DNA of 64,000 nucleotides from NCBI RefSeq assembly GCF_009914755.1, contig NC_060940.1; one strand, given 5' to 3'. Shown piece after piece: positions 22,453-35,946 of this stretch; position 1 is the stretch's first letter; every line of letters begins with the position of its first letter. A model generated the notes under the pieces. The model was not told the origin of the DNA, searched no databases, and was given only the letters and a program-made list of their open reading frames with translations. The translations under genes were made by a program, and so were the position numbers. The stretch comes from the human T2T-CHM13v2.0 reference genome, Homo sapiens.

Positions 22453-25400
22453 TGACACCTCTGATTTGGTTACAACTGTAATTACTTCTTTGCTGGCATT
22501 TAAAACTAAAACAGAAGTAGAATTACAAAATCTTAGGGATCTGTGGATCACAGATGCTATGCAGCCTAACTTTACAGTAAAGAATTTTTCTCAGAAAAAA
22601 AAAAAAAGAAAGAAAAAGGAAACAATTAAAAAAAGCCCCAAAACTGTGCTATTCTTAGCCTCCTCCCCAGTGGCAGACTGACTTGGGGGTAGAATTTGCA
22701 AAAGTAGAAAAAATAAATAGCAATATGAATTTAAATAATAAAATTTTGATTTTTAAACAAGTATTAGCAAAAAAATTATAAAATGTTGAACATGACAACA
22801 TGGAGTAGATCCACAAAGTAAGCAATCAAACACATCTGTGGGGCATCTTGGTCTGTGAGGTTGCAACTTCTGAATTAGTATTTTAGGTTTTGTGTTGACT
22901 TTCAGTGCTGAGGTACACAGGTGTTTCCTTGCAAATTCTTTGTTAAACTAGTGACTTTCTGATTGTGAGAGACTCTGATACCCATAAATGGAATAGAAGG
23001 GCACAGGGGTTATGCTCCCTTGACTACTATATTCTCTCAGATATTCTGAATTATCCTCCAATTTAAAACCAGTTCTAAATTTTAATAGGCAGTAGAACTA
23101 TTTGCTTGATTTATCTTTTAAAAATTGCAGTGGCATTTTTACTCTTTTACAGAATCATTTTACTTTGCCCTTGGGTGCCAACACAATGTGTCCTTTAGAT
23201 ATATAAATTTGATAAACTGGTTGAATAGAACATTTCTTTTTCCATAAAATAATGACCTCTATATTAACCACTTAAGCCTCCAGGCAAGTAACAGATCTTC
23301 ATTCTTTATAAATAATGAGACTTTTTTATGGCAGATAAATGTCAAGTATCAAACATCCATTGTCAACAAACCTCTTTGTAGTGGGGAAGTCAGATGTCCA
23401 ATGATAGCAATATTTCTGCTTTTCTCTCTTTGGACTACTTTGAAGCCAGGGAAATTTTACTTTGCAAGGGAGAGAGACAAGTAAGAACATTTGCAACAGT
23501 CATAAACTTTTTCTGAAGTTATTACAGCACAAAGAGGAAAACTTAAAGAACACTAGTTTAGACATCAGTCACTTTTGAGTTTGAATACAACATTCAGCAT
23601 TGAAAAGCTGTGTGACTATTGACAAGTAACTTACCTTCTCTGATTTTGTTTGTCCACCAGATAATCACACACACACACACCCCTAGTGTTCCAAGTTTTA
23701 GTCACTAGCAAAAGTTATGTTTATAACCAATTTGTAAGTTTCTCTTCATTTATATTTACCTTCATTATAACAAAACAGAGACTTCAGATTCAAAGGTTTT
23801 TTAAAAAGGAAATCAACTGCAATTTAAAAATATTCCTTGAAAAATTAGGTTTCTTTTTGCTGTCTTTTGAGTTTCCCCATTCCTATAATCCCTTTAATCT
23901 TAAAAGTTCAAGAAATATTTACTAATCTAATATTTGGGAAGGAACATAGCATAGGTGAATGGATATGGGATTTGTGTTTGTATTCAGCTGTGTAAGCGTG
24001 AGTTATTTTGAACTCATGGTTTCTTAATTTGTAATACTAAAATAAATATATCAAATAGTACTTTTATAACAATTAATATATAAAAGCAAGGTGGCTGAAG
24101 AACAGAACAAATAATAACAATAATTCCCATTATTAAATTCTAGGTAGTGTGTTATAAGTTGTGAGCATTATAAATGGCTATTAATTTTGGTACCCGACAA
24201 GAAGTTTAAAGTAAAGTAAGAACACAATTAAGGTAGAGAGTTACAGTACAATAAAGCTGAAGCCTGGCTTTATTTTGACTGAGTCATGGCTGTACTCTAA
24301 TTACATTGTTCTTATGATCACTGACTTTTCTGAGTTCCCATGTCCTCACCTATCAAAGAGCATAATAGAAGCATGCACACTGATAGACATACATATTGAA
24401 TGGGATTCAATAAAAATGTTTATTAAATACATTTTAATATAATTATTGCTAATATGTATTGTTTCATATATTCATGAGGTAAAGTCACAACTCTTGATTT
24501 ATCTAATAAGATGAACCCCTAATTTATTAGCAAGAAATCTAGTTTCCTTCTTTTGAGACTCCTCTCCTTCAAGCTGTCCCCAAACTCCTAAGAGTTGCTC
24601 TGTCCAAAATTGGAATCTATTCTCTTTTAATAGCAGGTTATAGAGAAAACCCAATTCTGTTCAGTTAATTACTGTCAACACTGTTTGCTATTACACAGGG
24701 TCACAATTGAATGATGGTCCTGCACACTCTGATAGATGATCCTTGTCTATTTACTGGCCCAGATCCCTGTGCAGACCATGATGAATTCTTAAGAGACAAT
24801 GATAGCATGCCCTCAGCACTAAGATGGCCCAAATGTGTCCCAAGTAACATGGCATGCCAACGTTATAACTCTTTGCAACTCCCCTCTTCCTCTTTTTTTC
24901 ATATAAATAGCAACTTCTAGGAACCATGGGGTCAAAGTAAGTGCTATTATTGTATATTAATATTTCCAGTGACTTTCTCCTTCCAAGGAATAAGAGGGCC
25001 TCTCAAAATACAACAGAAATTACTGTACTCTTCTCTCAGGCAATGACAGCCTACTTGCTTTAGCTTTGCATAAATAGAAAAAAAAGAAAGAAAAAAGGAA
25101 TAACTATTCTAGGTGATACAGTGACATATTCTCTCTACTGCTATATAAATATTAAGCCATCATTTTAAGCAGCCCACCAAAGTGCATTGGACTTAAGCTT
25201 TACTTTGGCAGACATGCTATGCAATGAGAAGGCATTGCAATGAGGTACAAATCAAATTAAAAACCGTGGTCTTCCACCACCTCTCAGAGTAGAGCTCAGC
25301 ACAAGAGGACCATGCATCCCTCATTATTTAAAGGTACTGGTGCACAGAAGCTAAAAATATGTGCTTTATAGGCACTCTTGTGTTTGAACCTATTCTAATA

Positions 25401-25696
25401 AATTAACTACTGGGAGATCAAGATGGAGAAGAAACAAAGGACTGAATATCATGGTCTGAAGACCAAATTATACCGTATCTTCAGTGGAGACTCAAGGAAG
25501 ATGTTTTAAGCTGGGAAAGTCCATGATAGTATCTGTGCTTTAGGAAGCTCATTCTGGAAGTTGGATAGAAAACAATACCTCTGCTTAAAGGCTGTTTTCA
25601 GATCAGAAATCAGAAAAGCATTTAATATAAAGCTTTAAAATTTCTTATAGAAAATAGAGAAATTTAAAATAATTTGGGGAAAATGTGAACTATCTC

Positions 25697-27980
25697 TGAT
25701 AAGGTTTTTCTGTGTCCCTACCCAAATCTCATCTTGAATTATAACTCCCACAATTCCCACATGTCATGGGAGGAGCCCAGTGGGAGGTAATTGAATCATG
25801 GAGGCGGGTCTTTTCCAAGCTGTTCTCATGAGAGTGAATAAGTCTCACAAGATGTGATGGTTTTAAAAACAGGATTTTCCCTGCACAAGGTCTTCTTCTC
25901 TTGACTGCTGCCATGCGAGATGTGCCTTTCACTTGTCATTATTGCAAGGCTTCCACAGCTATGTGGAACTGTAAGTCTGTTAAATCTCTTTCTTTTGGGT
26001 ATGTCTTTACTGGCAGCATGAAAACAGACTAATATAGTAAATTGTTACCAGTAGAGTGGGGCGATGCTGAAGATACCCAAAAATGTGGAAGCAACTTTGG
26101 AACTGGGTAACAGGCAGAGATTGGAGCAATTTGGAAGGCTCAGAAGAAGAAGAGTAAATGTGGGAAAATTTGGAAATTCCTAGAGACTTGTTGAATGGCT
26201 TTGCCCAAAATGCTTATAATGATATGAACAATAAAGTCCAGGCTGAGGTGGTCTCTGATAGAAATGAGGAACTTGTTGGGAACTGGAGCAAAGATGACTA
26301 TCATTATGTTTTAGTAAAGAGACTGGCAGCATTTTGCTCCTGCCCTAGAGATTTCTGGAACTTTGAACTTGAGAGAGATGATTTAAGGTATCTGGCAGAA
26401 GGCAAGGAGGAGCAAGTCACATCTTATGTGGATGGCAGCAGGCAAAGAGAGGGTACCCAGCGGAAGAAATTTATAAGCAGCAAAGCATTCTAGAGGTGAT
26501 TTGGGTGCTGTTCAAGGTGTTCAGTTTTAAAAGGGAAACAGTGTAAAAGTTTGGAAAATTTGCAGTCTGACAATTCAATAGAAAAGAAAAATCCCATTTT
26601 CTGAGGAGAAATTCAAGCCAGCTGCAGAAATTTGCATAAGTAACGAGGAACCAAATGTTAATCACCAAGACAATGGGGAAAATGTAAGTTTGGGAGGAAA
26701 AAATGGTTTTGCAGGCCAGGCCCAGGGTCCCTCTGCTGTGTGCAGTCTAGGGACTTGGTACCCTGTGTCCCTGCCGCTCCAGCCATGACTACAAGCATCC
26801 AAGATACAGCTCGGGCTGTTGCTTCAGAGGGTGGAAGCCCCAAGCCTTAGCAGTGGTGTTAAGCCTGCATGTGCACAGGAGTAAATAACTGAGATTTGGG
26901 AACCTCCTTCTAGATTTCAGAGGATGTGTGGAAACGCCTGGATGCCCAGGCAAAAGTTTGCTGTAGGGGCACCGGGGGGCCCTCATAAAGAACCTCTGCT
27001 AGGGCAGTGCAGATGGAAAATGCGTATCAGAGCTTTCACTCGGAGTCCCTACTGGGACATCACCTAGTGGAGCTGTGAGAGGAGTGCCACAGTTCTCCAG
27101 ACCTCAGAATGCTAGATCCACCAACAGCTGGCACTGTGTCCCTGGAAAAGCCACAGACACTCAATGCCAGCCCATGAAAGCAGCCAGGAGGGGTGTATAC
27201 TCCACAAAGCCACAGAAGTGGAGCTGCCCAAGACCATGGGAACCCACCTCTTGCTTCAGCGTGACCTGGATGTGAGACATGGAGTCAAAGGAGATCATTT
27301 TGGAGCTTTAAGATTTGACTTCCCTGCTGGATTTTGGACTTGCATAGGCCCTGTAGCCCCTTTGTTTTGACCAATTTCTCCCATTTGGAATGGCTGTATT
27401 TACCCAATACCTGTACCCCCATTGTATCTAGGAAGTAACTAACTTGCTTTTGATTTTACAGGTTCATATGCGGAAGGGGCTTGCCTTGTCTCAGATGAGA
27501 CTTTGGACTGTGGACTTTTGAGTTAATGCTGAAATGGGTTAAGACTTTGGGGGATTGTTGGGAAGGCATGATTGGTTTTCAAATGTGAGGACATGAGATT
27601 TGGGAGGGGCCAGGGTAGAATGATGTGGTTTGGCTGTGTCCCCACCCAAATCTCATCTTGAATTGTAACTCCCACAATTCCGATATGTCATGAGAGGAAG
27701 CCAGTGGGAGGTAATTGAATCATAAGGGAGGGCATTTCCCATGCTGTTCTTGTGATAGTGAATAAGTCTCACAAAATGTGATGTCTTTAAATATGGAAGT
27801 TTCCCTGCACAAGCTCTTCTTCTCTTGTCTGCCGCCATATGAGATGTGCCTTTCGCCTTTTTTCGTGATTGTAAGGCCTCCCCAGACACATGGAACTGTA
27901 AGGCCATTAAACCTCTCTCTTTTGTAAATTGCCCAGTCTCAGGTATGTCTTTATCAGCAGTGTGAAAATGAACTAATACA
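25697..27980 (+). mobile_element. Complete THE1 (THE1B-like) MaLR provirus: 5'LTR 25697-26036, internal 26037-27620, 3'LTR 27621-27980
   Basis: Perfect 5-bp TSD atctc (25692-25696, 27981-27985); internal region starts gtaaattgttaccagtagagtgggg; purine tract before the 3'LTR; the two LTRs share variants. Confidence 0.97.
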
Positions 27981-27989
27981 ATCTCTGAC

Positions 27990-29240
27990 ATTAAAATATT
28001 ATAATAAAAGCAATTTTGAAATATTCTAAAATCAATCTACAAGTATAATCAATGAAATATACAATTCAGTAGGAGTTTGCCATCCAGAATTTGAAACTTA
28101 AAATATGGCTATTATATGTAAAGTAGTGTAGCATTGGCAGAGGGAGAGAGAAACAGACTCATGGCAGATTAAATAAAGTATGCAACACAAACAAAGGTAT
28201 TTTACGACTTTAAACCATTAAAGAGGGACCAATTCAATAAACTGTTCTGTGAAATTGGCCAACTATTTGAAAGAAGTATAATGGTAGATTATTATTTCAC
28301 ATAATATACATAAGAGTATCAATATGAGGTAAATATTTTAAGACTAAAATGAAAGCTAACATTATTTGAAATAATGCATAAATATTTATGTAATTTTTGT
28401 ACAAAAGGGATTTTTGAATAAGATACCTGATATAGTTTGGCTCTGTCCCCACCCAAATCTCATCTTGAATTGTAGCTTCCCCAATTCCCACATGTCATGG
28501 GAGGGACCTGGTGGGAGGTAATTGGATCAGAGGGGTGGGTCTTTCTCATGCTATTCTCATGATAATGAATAAGTCTCATGAGATCTGATGGATTTATAGA
28601 GAGAGGTTCCTCTGCACAAGTCCTCTCTCCTTTGCCTGCTGCCATGTAAGAAGTCCCTTTGCTCATCCTTTGTCTTCCATCATGATTGTGAGTCCTCCCT
28701 AGCTGTGTGGAACTATGAGCTCATTAAATCTCTTTTTCTTTATAAAATACCCAGTCTCAGGTATGTCTTTATTAGCAGTGTGAGAATGGACTAACACAAT
28801 ATCAAAATCAGAAAGTACATGGGAAAAGTTGATAAAAATTTTAAAATATTTGTAAAGATATATTTGTGTATAAATATGTATAAAATACAAAAATTAAACA
28901 ACACATTTCATGTGTATAAATCTCTTTTAAATAAATGAAAACAAGGTAAACATCCCAATAGCAAAATAGACATAAAACAAATAATTCACAAAAGACAAAT
29001 GAATTAATGCAAACAGTTAATAAACGTGTAAAGCAAACTGAATTTTTTTAGTACATCCAGAGATTTGAGGATAAGAATAGGGATTATCATATTTCCCTTT
29101 AAAATCTTTAAAATGAAATTTTCCATTGTGAGAATAGGTGCAGGGATATAATTTTATAAAATTTTTGTAGGAACATAAATGGAATTCCTTCTCCAAAGGC
29201 AATTACTGCTAAGAAATATTTAGAAATATGTATTAACTTC
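27990..29240 (+). mobile_element. Very old L1 ORF2/3' remnant (L1M5/L1ME class), split by a THE1 LTR
   Basis: gtagtgtagcattggc...aacagac, ttcaataaactgttctg, aattcacaaaagacaaa. Confidence 0.6.
28428..28798 (+). mobile_element. THE1 solo LTR (THE1C-like)
   Basis: tgatatagtttggctctgtccccacccaaatctc...gagaatggactaacaca; TSD atacc/atatc. Confidence 0.93.
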
Positions 29241-29262
29241 TAAATTGGGAGAACAGGAGACG

Positions 29263-29298
<36 letters not shown>
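29263..29298. repeat. (GA)n microsatellite
   Basis: Directly visible. Confidence 0.95.
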
Positions 29299-31249
29299 AT
29301 AATCCAGGCAAGTAATAAAATGTGGTTGAATTAAAATATTGAACTATGAAATTTAGCAGAGGAGACAGATTTGAGACCTAATTTCAATAACAGGTGTAAT
29401 AGGACATTGTCAGATGTTCACGGGAGCCATTGTTCAATCTGCACCTACCCAGAAGAAAGACTTTCAACTTCCCAACCACCAAAAGCAAATTTAATTCTAT
29501 CAGACTCATGAGGAATCTCAAGTTCACTACGCATTTCATTAAAAAAAGGAGGGCTTTACAAAGCAGCCACTTAATAAAAGTCATCCAATTGAATAGTTCC
29601 CTTCCCTTCTGCTCCCACCCCTAAAGTTTTCCAAAATTTTCCAGGATCAAGAATTTCATTTTACTTTCTCATAAGTCCATTGTCAATCCCAGCATTACCT
29701 ATGGCAGTGCTGCAGTGATTCAATGTCTGTAAGAAAATTGAAGCTTGAACCTCCTTGGAAAAGCATGTCTTCCTAAAGATTTTAACCTTAATGGCTTATC
29801 AAATGCTTCATTTAAAAAGGCAAGTCTTTCCATTGATAGAATGCGAAGAGGTTCTACTCTCAAAGGACATAACGTTTTTTAATTTATGAACTTATTTTGT
29901 TACCTTCAAATTTATTTTAAGAAAACAACCCTGGATGTGAGTGAGTATTTCTCTATAAGAGTCTCCAAATGTTTTCTAGAATAGCATGGAATTGTATTCT
30001 AGAAAACCATAATAAGATATAAAACATACAAATTATAGTAGAAGCATATGATAAAATTATATGCTGCGATTACAAGTAATATTTTAGAAAATATTTTATG
30101 TATACAGACTGAAGGAGGAAAACTGCAAAAATTATTATTTTGTTATTGTTTTTTATGTTATCTGTGAATGGAAATTTCAAGTCAATTTTCTTTATTCCTG
30201 TATCAAAGAATTGAGAGTGGACAACTTATGTCCTCAAATCCCAAACCAAAAAAAAAAAAAAAAATCAATTGCATTTAAATTATTCTTGACTTGAAGAACA
30301 CTGGGTTCCTATATTCACCAGTATGTATTATGAATACCTTGCTGCTATCATTGGTAACTTTTCTTCTATAGCCAATTGTAAAAATGCCTAGAAAGATCAA
30401 TATTGCATTAACATTTTGGTCATTTAGATTTCTTTTCAGTATGAATTACATTGGTACTTTCTTTCCAATGACAACTGGCTCTTAGCGTTTTTTTCCCTAA
30501 GAATAAGAATAAAAAAAGATAACATATAACATACATGCAAACTACTATATTTGTTTCATGCTTTGATTTTGTAGAAACTTTGAAATACAGTTCAAGCAGG
30601 TATTTATGTTGCATTTAAATCAATCTAACTGTCAAGGTTATTCTCTGTGACTTATAATGAAATCCCGCTTAAAGTAGGTAAATGCATTCAAGAAGATTGC
30701 AAACACATGTGAACTTACAGATTCCTATTGCTCCATTTATGACTAGAATGAGTGAGACCAGAGAAACAAAGTGAGTGGCAGTATTTAGGAGAGATTGCAG
30801 GGGCACTGGTTTCCAGTCCAGTGTTTTGTACAGCACACTTCCCCAAATGTTCTCAAATTCCCCCACACATTTGCTGAAGAAACTGGAGAAAAAGGCACAT
30901 CAGAGGAGGTAGCTAACCCCAGGCCCATAGGCTGTATTTTCATTGTTTAACTTGACATAGTTTATGGGCTCATTTATCTCTGACCATCATCGTCTCCTTA
31001 TTAGCTTTTATGTAAAAGTGCTTTTTAAGGCATTGAACAAAATTCGTGGAATATATACATAAATGAGAATAGTAAAAGTAAATAAAAGACCAAATGAGAT
31101 TTTACTTTAAAAATCAGTCATTTGGCCTGCAGATATAATATATCAATAATAATTCAATTTAAAAGTTTCTAACTCCTTAACCTCAGGTGTGTAAAACGAA
31201 AAAAGTATTAAGACTAGCAAATTTTAGTGGTATTATTTTTTTAAAAAAT

Positions 31250-31720
31250 TTGTTTACCCATGGCCATTTTGCCTTTTAGATGAATGATAGAAATGTTTTG
31301 AAAAGATTCAGCAGTTCTTTCCCAATGTCTTTTTTTGAAGAATTGTATTTGTTTTTTAGATTAATCTGGGAAGAATTGGCATGTCTCACATTTAGAATCA
31401 CACACTGTCTCTCCAATTACTAAAATGACCTTTTATATTGCCCCATAGAGTATTGCTTTATTTTACAGAACCAGATCATTAATTTTAATTGTACATATTA
31501 CTAAGGTTTATACATTTTGAGCTTTTTATAATTTATGTATTAAATTGAAATCTTAGTCTAATTATTTATTTTTACTATTAAAATGTTCTATTTTTAAACA
31601 AACTTTCTTATTAGCTTTAATAGACTTTTGCCAGTAGAATAGCTGTGTTTATTTGGTAAATAATCATATCATTAGCAAGCCATGTAATTATCGTTTCTAC
31701 CTTTCTAATATCTACGTTAA
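31250..31720 (-). mobile_element. Old L1 ORF2 remnant
   Basis: gaattgtatt...tagattaatctgggaagaattggcat matches L1 ORF2 antisense. Confidence 0.6.
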
Positions 31721-32199
31721 TTCTTATCTAGTCTCTCATGCAACACAGAGTTAGTGAGCTCTACTCCTCCAAGGAAGTCATACTTTTTTAATGTTTCTGA
31801 AGCTACAATCCTGAAAAAGAAGATATCTTTCTTTTTTGTGTCCAAAGCCTTCTCAGTCAAGTGAATATTAATAGGGTTTTACTGTATCACCTGCAAGCTC
31901 ATCCATCTACTGAACACTTCACCCTAGTGTAAAACTTCTTCCACTGCTAAAGCAGAAAGTAAATATTAATAGCTTCCAAGGAAAATAGTTGAAGGTCCAA
32001 AGTAATCTCCATTGAATCAAGAACACATGCAAATTTATCCATTCATTTGCTACACTATGTAAGGCAGATATTATGCAAACAGAATAGCAGCTATATATCA
32101 TACAAAGACAAAAACAAAATGCCTTACATATCTTCAAGTTGTTCACACATGTTGAGTAGTGCCTTGTACAGAAGAATCATCCAAATATCTTTAAAGTAA

Positions 32200-32550
<351 letters not shown>

Positions 32551-33430
32551 TAAATGCTCTGACTTCTGCTCGGGATATCCTGAGATTCATTATCTTTTTA
32601 AAATGTTAATTAATAGACTTTATGTTTTGAACCATATTGGGCTCACAGGAAAATTGAGTGGAAATTACAGAGAGTTCCCATACCCCTCACAGTCACCACC
32701 ACCCTCCCCATCCAGATTAATTATCTTGTTAGGGGATTGTAGTCATGATTAAATTTGAGCTTCTTCACTTAAAACTGAACATTCCAGGAAGTTCTTTACA
32801 TATGAAATGTAAACCTCTAGAAAAAAAGGGTATGATTATTCAATACCATTATCATGTCCTTACACATGAAACATCTTGGGAGACTAAAGGAGGAGTTAAT
32901 GAGACTCTAGAGTTATTTTATTTCCTCTTTTCACAGCATACCAGGGAGAATATATGTCAAGAGACTAGTGCTGAGAATTTAGAACATAAAAATAAGGTTA
33001 CTGGTTGTGTTGCTCTTCATTTTTCTAATTTTAAGAATCCTTATGCTGTTGAAAATACTTATGGTACTTGGCACTTGTTAAAGAAAGTCACTTAATGTTA
33101 AAATAGCTAATAGATATAGTTTAACATGAAAGAAATATTGTTTAATTTGCTATTTTATACTATTTAACCAGATTCTTCATTAATTTTTTTAATCCAATAA
33201 CCATTGTAGGAAGACAGTGCAAGTGGTAACTATTGTATATAAATTTTATGACCTATGTGAGGTTAAAAAAAAATCAAGAACAGAGGTAGAAAAAAAAAGA
33301 ATTGAAATAACCCCTGTTGATTTTATGCACAAATAATTCTTACATTTTTACGTTATGCTATGCCAATATATTGACAGATTATTAAATTTATGGTCAGAAG
33401 TAAGGGCTACACTCACTTTCTACAATTGTG

Positions 33431-33972
33431 TCTATATTCATTTCATAGGGTTGCTATAACAAACCACGATCTAGGTGGCTTGAAGCAAAAATAATGTACT
33501 GTCTCACAGTTGTGGAGGCTAGAAGTCTGAAATCAAGTTATTGGCAGGACCATGATCCCTCTGAAGTCCCTGGGGAACAATCTGTTTTGTGTCTTTCTCT
33601 TAGTTTCTGGTGTTTGCTGGCAATACTTTGCTAGTAGATGCATCATTTTAACGTCTTCCTCATTGTTATGTGTGGTTCCCTGTGTATGTCTGCCTCTGTA
33701 TCTCTTCCCCTCTTCTAGTAAGGCCACAAGTCATATTGGATTAGGGGCCCATCATCCAGTATAACCTCGTCTTAACTAATCACTTCTGCACAACCCTATT
33801 TCAAAATAAGGTCGTAGTCTGAGGTTCCAGGAAGGACATAAATTTTTGGACGTTTTTTTTTTTTTGGAGACGGAGTCTCGCTCTGTCACCCAGGCTGGAG
33901 TGCAGTGGCATGATCTTGACTCACTGCAACCTCCTCCGCTGAGGTTCAAGAGACACTATTGAACCCAGCAGA
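33431..33972 (-). mobile_element. MLT1C-like MaLR LTR
   Basis: ctcacagttgtggaggctagaagtctgaaatcaag, gtcatattggattaggggccc, ccctatttcaaaataaggtc, gacactattgaaccca. Confidence 0.85.
33853..33950 (-). mobile_element. 5'-truncated Alu (tail plus ~85 bp of the right arm) inside MLT1C
   Basis: poly(T)-ggagacggagtctcgctctgtcacccaggctggagtgcagtggc...ggttcaag. Confidence 0.92.
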
Positions 33973-34007
33973 GTGATCTGAGGCAAATCTCTTACAATTG
34001 CATGTAA

Positions 34008-35698
34008 TGTTAATGGACTGAATGTTTGCATCCCCCAAAATTTATGGGTTGAAACCCTAACCCCCAATGCATATTTGAAACTGGAGCCATCAGGAGGTAA
34101 TTGGGGTTAGATGAATTCATGAGGGTAGGGTCCTCATGATGGAAATAGTGTCCCTATAAGAAGAGGAAGAGATACATCTCTCAACACTCACATACTAAGG
34201 AAAGAATATGTAAGCAAGCACACAGTGAAAAAGCATCTGTCTGCAAACCAGGAAGAGTGCCCTCACCAGAAGCTATCTCAGACTTCAATTCTCCCAAAAT
34301 CTAAGAAAACTCAATTTGTTTTTTGAGCCACATAATCTATGGTATTTGTTATGAAAGTCTGAGTTGACCAAGACAGATTTTGTTACTGAGAAGTGGGGTG
34401 CTGCTATAACAAATACCTAAACATGTAAAAGCAGCTTTAGAACTGGATATGAGTACAGGCTGGAAGAGTTTTAAGGTACATGCTGAAAATATGAATGATA
34501 CAGGCATCCTGATGAGGTATCAGACAGAAAATGAGAAACATGTTACTGGAAGCTGGAGAAAAGGTTGTTCTTGTTATAAAGAGGAAAAGAACTGTGTTCT
34601 GATGTTTTGGGGAAGTTACAACTAGTGTACAATGAAATTGGGTAGTTAGATAAGGAGATTCCTAAGCAAAGTGTTGAAAGTGTGCCTTGGTTCCTCCTGA
34701 CTGCTTATAGTAAACATGTGAAAGAACAGAGAGAATTTGAAGGAGAAATTGTTACTCAAATGGATCCAAGTCTTAAAAATTTGAAAGGTTCTCAGCCTGT
34801 TCATATTGGGAAACATCAGAAAGCATATTTAGAAGATAAAACCAAGGGTGTGGTAAATTATGACTTGGAAAAAAGCTTATGAGATTATATAAGCGAGAAT
34901 ACTTTAAGTTTGAAGTAAAGGAGATGAAGACAAGACTTCACTATGGATCCATGGGTGGGGGACTACCACACAGGGCCACTGAGGCAAAGCCACCTAGAGC
35001 CTTGAAAGTGTGACTTCCATCAGACAGAGCCACAGGGGCAAGACATGGCCCAGAGCCATGAGGGTGATGCTATTGCCCCACTGAGCCTGGAGGACAGAGA
35101 ATCAACCAAGAAAGTTAATCTCGAACATTACAATCTTTAGAATTCCCCTTGCTTGGTTTTGCACTGGCATGGGACTCGTTACTCTTTTCTTTTTTCCTAT
35201 TTCTTTCTTTTGGAATGAGAATGCCTATTCTTTGCTTGCGTCCGCATTGTATTTTGGAAGTACATAACTTGCCTGGTTTCACAAGTTCACAGCTAGAGAG
35301 GAATTTTGCCTCAGGAAGAATCGTACCTCAGTTTTCATGCATTTCTGATTTTGATGATATTTTGAATTTTGGAATCAAGAGTTGATGCTCGTATGAGTTA
35401 AGTATTTTGGGGCTGTTGGGATGGAATGATTGTATTTTGCATGCCCTAGGACATGAATGTTGGGGGGTCAGATATAAAGCTACAGACTAAATATTTGTGC
35501 TCCCCAAAATTCACATGTTAAAGTCCTAACCCACAATGTGATGGTATTTGGAGATGGGGCCTTTAGGAGATAATTGGATTTAGATGAGTCATGCCAGTGA
35601 GATGCTCATGATGAGATTAGTACTTTTATAAGAAGGCAAAAAGAGAGATTTCTCTCTGTCTGCCCTCCTTTTTTCTCTCTCTCTCTTTTGTTTCCCTG

Positions 35699-35743
<45 letters not shown>

Positions 35744-35946
35744 TCACACACTGAGGAAAAGCCACGCATGCACACAGCAATAAGGCATTAATCTGCAAGT
35801 CAGAAGGAGCCCTTCCCAGAACCCGACCATGCTTGTTCCCTGATTTCAAGACTTCCAGGCTTCAGAACTCTGAGAAAATAAATCTCTGTTGTTTAAGACA
35901 CTGAATCTATGGTATTTTGTTATGACAGCCCAAGCTGATGAAGACT
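34008..35946 (+). mobile_element. Two-LTR MLT1A-type MaLR provirus: LTR 34008-34375, internal 34376-~35477, LTR ~35478-35946
   Basis: Both LTRs carry ccccaaaatt..., ctataagaag and aatctatggtatttgttatga; internal region starts gattttgttactgagaagtggggtgctgct and ends in a G-tract. Confidence 0.88.
35699..35742. repeat. Compound (TC)n(CA)n microsatellite in the 3' LTR
   Basis: Directly visible. Confidence 0.95.

Noticed and set aside
26158-27370. ORFs of 66-111 aa in the THE1 internal region
   Set aside because: Broken remnants of MaLR internal sequence with stops and frameshifts; no intact gene
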